Shown: one piece after another, positions 53,365 to 64,000 of the stretch
Layout: the number at the start of each line of letters is the position of its first letter
Position numbering within the stretch: the first letter of the stretch is position 1
NCBI RefSeq assembly: GCF_020745735.1
Contig: NC_083412.1
Span: 63,206,320 to 63,270,319, forward strand
Source: Hemiscyllium ocellatum
Taxonomy: Eukaryota
Direction: 5' to 3'
Length of the DNA: 64,000 bases
Notes under the pieces: model-generated
The model's input: the letters and a program-made list of their open reading frames with translations, nothing else
The model's database searches: none
What the model was told of the DNA's origin: nothing
Translations under genes and position numbers: made by a program

Positions 53365-54165
53365 TATCTGCTTCCAGGAGGACCAGTTCCACCACAGAAC
53401 ACACCAGATGGCCTCCTTTTTAAAGACCACCATTTCCTCTCCAACGTATCTCGTCCACATCCTGCACCTCTGCCCTCAAACCTCACCCCTCCAACAGTAA
53501 CAAGGACAGACCCCCCCCCCCCCCCCTCCCAAAAACCGCATCCGCTGACATTTCCATCACCTCCTCCAAACAGACCCCACAAGCAGGGATATATTTCCCT
53601 CCCCACCCTTTATTTTAAGCTTTCTGCAAAGACCGTGCCCTCTGTGACTACCTAGTCAGGTCCACGTTCCCTAACAACCCACCCTCCCTCCTGGCACCTT
53701 CCCCTGCCTTCACAGGAATTGCAAAACCTGTGCCCACATCCATCCCAGGTCCCAAAGGAGCATTACACATCCGTCAAAGTTTCACCTGCACAATCACCAA
53801 TGTCATTTATTGTATCCGTTGCTCCCGATGTGGTCTCCTCTACATTGGGGAGACTGGATGCCTTCTCACAGAATGCTTTAGGCAATATCTCTGTGACACC
53901 CACACCAATCAACACCACTGCATCATGGCCCAACATTTCAAATCACCCTCCCACTTTGCCGAGGACATGCAGATCCTGGGCCTCTTCCACCGCCACACCC
54001 TCACTACCTGACGCTTGGAGGAAGAATGCCTTATCTTCCGCCTCGGAACACTTCAACCCCAGGACATCGATATGGACTTCACCAGTCTCCTCATTTGCAC
54101 CCCCTCCACCTTACCCCACTTCCAACCTTCCAGCTTGCACCATCCTCATGACCTGCTCTACCTTG
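53365..54165 (+). mobile_element. Penelope-like (Neptune-type) GIY-YIG endonuclease fragment
   Basis: CKTCAH...FTCTITNVIYCIRCSRCGLLYIGETG...HF..PSH...LIFRLGTLQP. Confidence 0.85.
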
Positions 54166-54293
54166 CACCTTGAGGACAATGAAATGTATGGCAATGTGAT
54201 TCTGGGTGTAAAATATGAATAATGTATAATATATAGAATTGTGTAACAAACCAATAAGACTGAGTTTTTATAGGGTTTCTTTTTGCCTTGCAG

Positions 54294-54372
54294 TTTGATG
54301 AAGATGTGGAGGAGAGTGGAAGCGGAGCAGAGGGTGGACAAGGTAGAAGAAAAAGATTGTTTTCAAAAGAAT
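54294..54372 (+). CDS. TAF13: TAF13 exon 2 (FDEDVEESGSGAEGGQGRRKRLFSKE)
   Basis: ttttgccttgcag| ... GAAT|gtaagt; 79 nt. Confidence 0.95.
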
Positions 54373-55012
54373 GTAAGTCATAATACTGCTACAATTTTAC
54401 TTTAAATCTATGTTACTAATCTAGTAACATTTCTAAAACATATGAAAAGATGAACTGTTATAATTTATAGTTAAGGCAATTCCACGTGACTCGCTTCAGC
54501 TATTTGTAGTATAGCAAGAGATTTGGGAGCTATATTTTGTGTTAGAAGGATTGTACTCAAACTATTGCAGCTATGCCATGCTGTTTTCATTTCCCAATGA
54601 AAATGTTAACTGATAATTATGCAAAATCTTCTCTCAGGCCTTTTTCTGTAGCTTAAGCTATTGGAAACTGTTGAATTTCTTTGCTTTTAGGAAGATTTTT
54701 AAAAAATCATTGCTTTTCTCATTTCATCCTCTATAGTGTTACCCAGTTTTCCTTGTACATCCATAGCTTTAATTTTCTTTTGCTTTTAATTACTGTAAAG
54801 GGGTAGAGTAATGTATTTCTGATCTTATTAATTTTTGACTAGAAGTTGATTTACTATTAGGCACTCCACTAGTAAATGGTTATAATGTATGGGTGGAAGT
54901 TCACTAAATTATGGCAGAATTGGGTATCCTACAATCTTTGTTTCTGCACAGAATTGGAAAGAATGTATAGCACAGAAATAGGCCATTTTTCTTTTATATT
55001 CTTTCTAAACAG

Positions 55013-55110
55013 TAAGATGCATGATGTATGGATTTGGGGATGACCAGAACCCTTATACTGAATCGGTGGATATCTTGGAGGATCTTGTTATCGAATTTAT
55101 CACTGAAATG
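55013..55110 (+). CDS. TAF13: TAF13 exon 3 (LRCMMYGFGDDQNPYTESVDILEDLVIEFITEM)
   Basis: ctttctaaacag| ... ATG|gtgagc; hallmark TAF13 histone-fold sequence. Confidence 0.97.
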
Positions 55111-57510
55111 GTGAGCTGATCTTCATATTTTATCACAGTTGAAATCAAATCCGTCAGATAACATAAGATGAGGTGTAGAGTTAAAATTCTAGTGTGGTAT
55201 GTTAACAAAATCTCTGGTTCTTTATTTTGGTGATATGACAACATTTACTACAAGTTCAGAAACATTATTTGTTGATCAACAAAGTTCATCTTAAACATGC
55301 TTGAAGGAGCTTGCATTTATTCAGTGAATTTTTGCATCTCAAATATCCTAAAGCAGTTCATACACCATGATTTGCATTTTCAAGTTCTGCCATCATTGTT
55401 ATCTAAGTGAAGCCAAGAGCTATTTTGTGTACGTGGATATTCTACAATAGCAAACTAGGTAATCTGTTTTTGATCAGATTCTTGAGGGAACAAATGTTTA
55501 CCAGGTGTCCAGAATCTTTAATAATGGTAGATGCAGACACAGTTACAACATTTAAAAGACAATTGGACATGTACATGAATAGGAAAGATTTAAAGTTTGT
55601 CTGCACCAAACACAGGCAAATGGAACTAATTTAGTTTGGGAAACTTGATTGGCATGGACAAATTGGACTGAAGGGTCTCTTTCTGTGCTAAGTGACTCCA
55701 TAGTCTAATCCACTGGGCAAAGAAGTTGGGGCATCCATTATTGTCTTGTTTATTGAGATCGTTCAGCCCATGCAACCCCTTGCTGACTCTTTAAAAGAGC
55801 TATCCATGCCTTGTCCTTTCCTCACAGACTTGGAAAGTTTTTTACACTTTTTCGGATGTATGTCCAGTTTCTTTTGAAATTACCACTGAAACGGCATCCT
55901 ATAAGTCACTGCATTCCAGATCGTAGCAAATTCTTGCATAAAACACACACTCTCCCTCCTGGCTAATTTGCAAATGATCTCAATACAGTGTTTCTTGGTG
56001 TCTATTCATGCATTTGTATTTGTTACTTCGTAATTTCAGTTGCTATTTCAATTACCAAACATTAGTCTGGACCATGTTTTATTTTCTCTTGATTTACAAA
56101 GGTGATTCTATTAATCCAGTCTCTCTCTCTCGATGGGTCTGCCTCTCAGTAAGTGCTTAAAAATGTTTAGTTCTACTTCATAATGCTATATGAGGCACAC
56201 GAGTTCTCTATCTGGTGCCTGCCTGGCAGAAGCTAAAAGACGTACTTATGTCCAATGATCAACTTGTGAAATTGCTTCTTTCAAATAAAGATAAGTCATT
56301 AGTTTAATTATCTCAGCTAATGGTAATATTGGACAAGCCAGATTCCAGTATGAAACCTGGCTTGATAAGTTTTACTATGCTATTGTTTACCATACTAGTG
56401 ACCGAATATACTTTGAACAAACCAACATCAATATGTACACACAAGAAAATGAAATGAACTATCTTATACTGTACAAGAAAAATTTGAAACACTCTCATTA
56501 CAGATAGCTGTAATAAGAGATTCAAATCTCTTAGCATCAACAACAGCCTTAAATAAAGCTCAGGGAAGCATCACTTCAAAATTTCTCGTTCAGTTGTTGT
56601 TAATGTAATCTGCATCTTTTCAGCAAACTTCTGCATTCATTCAGTGCTATCTTCAGTTAAATCTTGCTTGCTAAGAGCCTTAAGCTGCTACCTCAGCTCC
56701 TTTACTCCTTAACTTCCTTAAACTTCTATGTTGTTGGATGTCTTCCTGTCTTGACACCTTTTTAAAAATTTGTTCTGAAACTTTTCTCCTTCTCAATTCT
56801 AAGCCACTTGCGACTGCATCTGCCCTGTTTATTTTGGAGACTGCTAAACAGCACTGCTGGTATTCAACACCTTTTTTGTTTCTGAATGATCTCTCTGAAA
56901 GAAACCTGTATGCTGCCTTTCTAAAATAACTTGTTTCTCTTAGTCTGTCTGTCACTTCTTTTTTTTTTAGGCAATGACCAACCCTTTTTGTTTTCCTGTT
57001 TGTTCCATTCTCTTCTCTAATACTGTTTTAAAAACCTCTGTTTAAAATGCTTGTTTAAAAAAAATCTCCAGACCACCCAGAACCACACTCTGAATTTAAA
57101 AGAAAAGGTAAAATTGTTCTCCTTTAATATATACACAATTAAAGCTGTTCATCATTTCTCAAATTTATAATCCAAGTTCGCAAATTGTGGTAATATTATG
57201 AATGTTTCTCATGGTATTATGTTGGGTTTAAATACATCAGCTGGGCAAAATAATGTTAAGTACTGTGTATTTTAAGATTTTCAGTAACCAGTTGTTTGGA
57301 TCATATCCAATCAGTATTATAGCTCACTTAGGATAATCTTTTGTGTTGAATAATGTGCCATTACATTTCTGCTATCAACTTTTATTCATCTTGTGAATTG
57401 TAGCTGAGTGCTGCAGGTTATTTGCAGAGTTCTGTAGCAGTGTGCACTTTCAGACCTTTTTCCTTTATACATGAGAATGTAATATACTTGTAATTTTTGC
57501 TTTTATATAG

Positions 57511-57681
57511 ACTCACAAGGCTATGTCAATAGGACGTCAAGGCCGGGTTCAAGTAGAAGATATAGTCTTTCTTATTCGTAAAGATCCTCGGAAATTTGCA
57601 AGAGTGAAAGATCTGTTGACAATGAATGAAGAATTGAAACGTGCTAGAAAGGCTTTTGATGAAGCGAACTATGGCTCGTAG
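57511..57681 (+). CDS. TAF13: TAF13 exon 4 (THKAMSIGRQGRVQVEDIVFLIRKDPRKFARVKDLLTMNEELKRARKAFDEANYGS*)
   Basis: ttttatatag| acceptor. The four exons total 375 nt, i.e. 124 aa plus stop. AATAAA at 57974, with further copies near 59124, 59261 and 59496. Confidence 0.97.
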   Translation, partial: THKAMSIGRQGRVQVEDIVFLIRKDPRKFARVKDLLTMNEELKRARKAFDEANYGS

Positions 57682-60600
57682 CTCTCGGAAGGAAGCATAT
57701 CATGGAATAATTATTGTATTGTCACTCCTTGAAATATGTATAACACACTGTAATAGGCCTATTACAGACTTCATAAAATGGGCTGTTGCAGTAGAGTATG
57801 CCTCTGACTCAGTCAGGCAGGATCTGAGAAATCTGATTCACTTCCTCTTTTGCTTCATCAGTGTTAGCAATGCTTTTGGCTGAGGAATGAAATGGGACTT
57901 TTTGTATTCTTACTAATTTAAAGATTTTTGTACATAGTGTATGCCAATAATTTAGTAACTTGACCAGGTCTACAATAAATGTTATGAAAAATAGTGACTA
58001 GTCAAGACTTGCATTGAGTGGCTCGGTTAATACTTTTGTAGCAAGTCTTTTGAAATTCACAATCTGCACAACCTGATGCCACATCTTTGTAATGCTTTCT
58101 TATATTATAAATCCTTATACTGAAACTTAATATTATTTAGTGGTGTGCACTTGTCATGTCTTTCCTGGTTTGACCTACATGTTACTCCAGCCCACATCAA
58201 TGTTGTTGACTCTTAATTGGGGACTGAAATGGCTTAACAAGCCACTCTGTTCAAGGATGGATAGACAAGAAATACTGGTCCTGCCAGCAATGGTGACATC
58301 CCATGCTAGAATAAAGAAACAAAATCTAAGAATTTACCACGAGATTCCCATAAAATGCTCAAGAAAAGGTTTTTTTAATTATTTTTTTTAAAATGGAATT
58401 CGAGTTGACTCTTTGCAACCGTTTCTAATATCCAAAATAAAATTTAAACTTTAAAGCATGTGATATTACATGTTGTTTTAAATTTACCAAGTTGTCTTTA
58501 TTGAAATTTTTACTTAAAAGCCTTGGCCTTACTGTAGGATGATTTACAGTCTGAGGATGAAATAGGATTGCTTTGAGGGCAAGGTAAATAGTATCTTCTG
58601 ATCCAATTATCTGTAATTTTAAAATTTACTTTTTATATTTCCATTAATTTTTTTATGTATATGATTACATGGTCTAAATTGTCATAATATTATACCACCC
58701 CCACCAAAAAATGATGTTCCAATGGGGAAAAGTGTAATGGTGGTATGGCACACTTATATTTCAGCCGTATATGTAAGTTTAAAACATGCAATGGAAAAGT
58801 TGGTAAAATATGCAGTTGACATGTCGTACTTGAATAATGCCATTAACATAATGAAATGTTCTAAGATGTTATACAGGGCCATAGTAGAAAATTTTCTCAG
58901 ATTAATTAGTTTGTTTTAAATAGCTATTTAACAAAAACTTGAAACAAACAAGTATAATGTGTTTTTATATTTGGGATCAGAAGCTTTGAGACATAGTCAA
59001 CCCAGAGAGTTTTCCGTGTTAGTGGTGGATTAGCAAGAATATTATGGCTTAGTGTACTAGTTGCAATTGATTTCTAATTATTGTAAAATCTAAACCATCA
59101 CTGCTTTTTATTTATTTATTTTTAATAAATTTGTGTTGCAGTTCAAGCCTGTATTGTAGCCTGGGTATTTACTTCAAAGTTGAAGTTTGTGTGAATGTGT
59201 CCTGCCAGTCTGTGTTTAAGAGAAATATCATCTAATGCATGCATATTTTCAATTTAATTAAATAAAGTGTGAAACTGGAAATTAGAATAATTATTCTCAA
59301 AATTATAAGAATTGTAGTGCAGAAAAATGCTAGTGTAATGACTGGTGCAAGTTCAAACAGCACTGATAATTCCTCAAAGCAACAATTTGGTTTAATTAGT
59401 ATGCTGGGTTGATTGGTAGTAATGTACTCAGCAATGCATTTATATTACAGCATTTATAATCTTTTTAAAAAAAGCTACTTTTGGAAAATTATTAAATAAA
59501 GTTTGATACTGAGCAGTTTGCTTAAAGGAGCCTCTTAAAAGAGGGTTAATGGAATGAAGACCTTAGTAACTGAACATCGAGTTGACATTGGTGCAATTAA
59601 AACTGGGGATGTTTCTGAAGTCAGAATTTGAGAAGGCTCCTAACTCTCACACTGTAAAGCTGGAAGAAATTACATGGGCTAGAAAGATTTTGGGAGGTGG
59701 AGTGGGACGGGTGTTATGGACCCGGCCAGATCCCCTCAAAATATTTCAAGAAAGTAGTCCAGACACTAATTTTGCTAATTGTTTTAAGCAGGTTAAATTT
59801 GGTTTTGTTTTATTTGCAAGATTTACCAAATAAAAGCAGACAATATCAAATAACAACTTAACTGAAAACCCGGCAGATTATCCTGGATTAATGATGCTGT
59901 TTCCCCATAACACCCCTTTGCAAAAAAAAATCCAACACAGTTCTTACAGAACATGTCAGAGAGGGGGAGGATCAGCCTGGACTGCTTCTTTGGGTGTACT
60001 AGCTTCACATCTGACTGCTTGCCAAAGCCAAGCCAAACCAAACCAGACCAGAGAAAGGCTGAGTTGGGAGAACTGGTCACTCCCTTTCGTTGTATTAAAA
60101 CTTGCACACCATTTGACTGAGGCAGTATTGGATAGCTTTAATCAAATTGATCCTAAAATCCTTTGAACCCAGACCTGGGGGAAAAAAAATCGAGGACAAC
60201 GCAACCTTGTTAAAGGAACAGCATCATCATAACACCTCCTTTCCTCTTTTTTTTCTCCCCCCTTCCCCACCCCAAAAGATGTCTTCATTTAAAACCCCTT
60301 AATCTTAAATTGTTAATACACTACAACACACGTATACATTACATTGACAACAATCTTGCAAACATGCACTGCTATTCTGTTTCAATCTGTTTTACTTCTG
60401 CCCCTGAATGTCTCCATTTTTCATTCAAGTCATCAACCTGCCACATGCACAATTTTCAAATTGAATGGCTATAACAACAAGGTCCATCTAAACAGTCTGG
60501 AATGTTTGTCCTTAAATTTCTCCACGAACCTCATTGGATTATGATCAGTGTATATGATTGTCTCAGATACAACACTTAAATGTTGATGTTACCAGTAATG

Positions 60601-60890
60601 TAACTCCAACACCAAGCTGAAAGTCTCCTTCTCAACTGTCAAATATTTCTGTTGATGAATGTTCTATTTCATGAAGAAATACCCAATAGGTGTTCCAATT
60701 TTATTATCATTGTCTTCTTGTAAGAGCACAGCACCAACACCCACATCACTCGCATATAAAGCTACTTTGAATGGCTTTGCATAATTGGGTGTGATTAGTA
60801 CTAGGGCAGTTGTTAACACAGCTTTCAGGCTGTCAAATGCCTTCTGATAGTCCACTGTCCATTGCAACTTCTTGCCTTTCACAATTCAGT

Positions 60891-61490
60891 GAGTGGAGCA
60901 CAGTGGTTAGCACTGTTGCCTCAGAGACCCGGGTTCAATTCCAATTGGGCGGCACGGTGGCACAGTGGTTAGCACTGCTGCCTCACAGCACCAGGGACCT
61001 GGGTTCAATTCCCACCTCAGGCGACTGACTGTGTGGAGTTTGCACATTCTCCCCGTGTCTGTGTGGGTTTCCTCCGGGTGCTCCGGTTTCCTCCCACAGT
61101 CCAAAGATGTGCGGGTCAGGTGAATTGGCCATGCTAAATTGCCCATAGTGTTAGGTAAGGGGTATATGTTGGGGTATGGGTGGGTTGCGCTTCGGTGGGT
61201 CGGTGTGGACTTGTTGGGCCGAAGGGCCTGTTTCCACACTGTAAGTAATCTAATCTAATCTAAACCTCGGGCGACTGTCTGTGTAGAGTTTGCACATACT
61301 CCCTATGCCTGCGTGGGTTTCCTCCCACAATCCAAAAATGTGCAGGTTAGGTGAATTGGCCATGCTAACTTGCCCGTGGTGTTAGGTGAAGGAGTAAATG
61401 TAAGGGAATGGGTCTGGTAGGTTACGGGTCGGTGTGGACTTGTTGGGCCAAAGGGCCTGTTTCCACACTGTAAGTAATCTAATCTAATCC
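60891..61490 (+). mobile_element. HE1 SINE (60947-61263) inserted in the B box of an older HE1 SINE
   Basis: The outer copy breaks after gggttcaattcc and resumes at acctcgggcgactg; there are two (taatc)n tails. Confidence 0.9.
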
Positions 61491-62132
61491 ACACTACTAA
61501 AATTTAGTACCATTTTTCGATAAAATCCATTCCATCTCAGGAATTTTGGAACTGCTCTTTTGTTGATGATATGGAAAACTCACAAGTTACCTTTGTTTTG
61601 CATTCCGTGGAGCCATTTGTCCATGTCTAATAAGATGGCCCAGGAAGCTGACTTGGGCTTTGGCTAATTCACTTTTAACCAGATTTATCACCAAGCCTGC
61701 CTCCCGAAGTAGAACAAACAATTCTGATAAATGTTGCAAATGTTCCTTCTATGTGTGACTAAAAATCACCAGGTCATCAATATACACTACACAATTGGGT
61801 AATCCGGAAATGACCTTATTGGTTAGTCTCTGAAATGTGGCTGAAGCATTTTTCATATCAAATGCCATGACTATAAACTGATACAGTCCATTCAGCATTG
61901 CAAAGACTGAAATTGTCTTCGCTCTTTTGTACAAAGGTAACTGCCAGCATCCTCTGAGCAGGTCCAACTTAGAAATATAAGTTGCTTGTCCCACCTTTTC
62001 AACACAGTCTTCCAAACATGGAATCAGATATATGTCAATCCTTGTAATGGAATTGACTTTGCGACAGTCCACACATAAACGTTGGCTACCATTTGGCTTT
62101 GACACTATTACATTTTGTCTAGCTATCACCAT

Positions 62133-62455
62133 TGTGAACAGCTAACCCGAGAATGCAACTTTAAAAAGAAGGGTTTTGTGATTTACACATGAAAGAAGTG
62201 AGACTATCACTGTATCCTAACAGATGAAAGGCTTAACAGACAATCAATTTTTCAATGTATAATTTCAGTTACATCACACTGCAAATTTTTGCTATAAATC
62301 CTGTGTTACGATCGAGCCCTCCACAATCACCTGATGAAGGAGCGTCGCTCCGAAAGCTAGTGTGCTTCCAATTAAACCTGTTGGTCTATAACCTGGTGTT
62401 GTGTGATTTTTAACTTTGTACACCCCAGTCCAACACCAGCATCTCCAAATCATTG
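62133..62455 (+). mobile_element. Solo Penelope-like terminal repeat carrying a hammerhead motif
   Basis: Its 3' part matches 7870-7998 (aaacctgttg..ctataacctggtgttgt.tgatttttaactt.gt.caccccagtccaacacc.gcatctcc). Confidence 0.8.
62328..62362 (+). ncRNA. Minimal type I hammerhead ribozyme motif in a Penelope-like terminal repeat
   Basis: cac-CTGATGA-a-ggagc-gtc-gctcc-GAAA-gc-TA-gtg: perfect 5-bp stem II, palindromic AGCT stem III, 3-bp stem I. Confidence 0.75.
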
Positions 62456-64000
62456 CTTTTCAAGGTTCACCTATCACTTGATGTAACCATAACACCTTAT
62501 ACTTGATAGCAAAATTGCAAGTTTTGACATTTTGTCTGCTTCCTGTTTCATTGTATGCTGTGATACTTTTAAATGCTGTCTATCCAACTTCCCCATTCTA
62601 CTTAATTGTTCTCTAAAATTTGACACATAGTCCAAATACATGGTCTCTGAATAATGATTTACCAATTTTTCCTTAATCAATTTTAGTAGTCCTCTTACGT
62701 CATGCCCAAAAACTAATTCAATGGACTGACTTTGGTCAATTCATTTGGTGCATCTCTGACAGCAGAAAATTCAAACAATTCCCTTATCCCAATCATCTGG
62801 ATAGTCTTGGCTATAAGCCCTCAACATGGTCTTTAATGTCAAGTGCCACCTTTCTAGCACTCCCTGCAACTCTGGATGGTATGCAGTACATTTGAATTGT
62901 TTTACTTCTAAGCTGTCCATAACTTCCTTGAATAATTTCAATGTGAAGTTTGACCCTTGGTCTGATTGTGTCTCTGTGGGTAGTCCGTATCTAGTGAAAA
63001 ATTTGAGTAACTCATGTACAATCTTTTTAGTTGTGATATTATGTAATGGAATGGCCTCTGGAAATCTAGTCGATACATTGTTAACAAATACTGATTCCCA
63101 CTTTTTGTTTTAGGTAGGGGTCAATTCAGACTCTTGTGAAAGGTTCCTCAAATGCAGGAATAGGTATTAAAGCAGTGAGCTTTATCACTGCCAGTGGTTT
63201 TCCAATTACCTGACATGCATGAAATGTCTGACAAAATTCAACTACATCCTTGGGCAGTCCAGGCCAGTAAAAATGTTTTTGTATTTTAGCTTGAGTTTTT
63301 CTAGCACCTAAATGACCCCCTACTGGTAGTTCATGCACTACTCACAACACTTCTGTTCCATAACCCCTGGCAATACGATTTTATGAACTTCTGCCCATTT
63401 CTAGTCTGCCTTAATATGGGATAGTCTCCATTTCCTCATTAAGATATCATTTTTGAGATAGGAGCATTCAGGAAAACATTCAGATTGTTTGTCCGTATAT
63501 ACCTTTTGATACAATTGCTTTAAATTTTCATCTTTCTGCTATGACTTAGTTAACTTATCTAAGCTAAAGATGTCTGCTTTGTAATCTATCTGCTCCTGGT
63601 TTGAATCAATCATCTGATCAAATAGGACCTCTGCTAATTCCACTTCAACTTTCTTATTTATACTGTTTGATCTCTCCTGTTTCAACTTTGTGACCACATT
63701 ACCACATAGTCGGGAAAAATCCCAGGGTATGTGTCCTGCGATAGTTCAGTTACCTGAGTCTCCACTGGCTTTTCAACCACTGTAGGCAGTACTCCTAGAA
63801 GTGAACCAGCTAAATTATTAGCAAGGACAAATTGTATTCCTGAAACTAGGAGTTTGTTCAGTACTCCTACCTTGACTTCTCCACTTTTCACTGGACACTC
63901 TAACCTCATTCTGAATAATTGAGCGCTTCTTGTCTCACTGTGAATTCCCATTGCTATCACTTTTTCTGACAATAGTCCTTCAAAGATACATATCTCCTCA

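Larger units (their letters stand above)
59712..64000 (-). mobile_element. Gmr1-type Ty3/Gypsy retrotransposon, 3' part (IN-RT-RNase H, PPT, 3' LTR)
   Basis: Integrase HHCC region 63126-63338 and core ~62700-63110, RT 61749-62132 (YIDD), RNase H ~60500-60882, purine tract 60235-60273, LTR 59712-60234 with TGTTAT...ATAACA termini. Confidence 0.85.

Noticed and set aside
1-64000. CRISPR arrays or prokaryotic operon and defence systems
   Set aside because: The sequence is vertebrate, with spliceosomal introns; no regularly spaced repeat-spacer array was seen.

Overview
This is eukaryotic vertebrate DNA, almost certainly from a shark, inferred from HE1-type SINEs with (TAATC)n tails and CR1/HER1-type LINEs. 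It contains three spliced genes, rebuilt by hand from splice signals and reading phase. (1) The 5' end of a minus-strand gene, probably POLQ: three coding exons (3729-3647, 2746-2641, 653-<1) behind a CDE/CHR promoter. (2) A complete minus-strand FBXO40 of about 701 aa: an ATG-only exon at 23793-23795, then 21789-19921 and 15350-15117, with a GC-AG last intron. (3) A complete plus-strand TAF13 of 124 aa in four exons (44725-57681). The rest is dense, nested transposon debris: CR1, Rex1-like and Tx1-like LINEs, HE1 SINEs, Tigger-like MITEs, Harbinger remnants, a Gypsy element invaded by a solo LTR and by a deleted endogenous retrovirus (itself invaded by CR1), a Gmr1-type Gypsy with integrase before RT, Penelope-like elements and a 5S rRNA pseudogene. 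The most striking non-coding signal is a set of minimal hammerhead ribozyme motifs in short Penelope-associated repeats. One is a ~96-bp intact hammerhead cassette with a perfect 15-bp flanking duplication, about 500 bp upstream of the TAF13 start. All calls are by eye and from recalled family knowledge; no database searches were run, and repeat boundaries are approximate.
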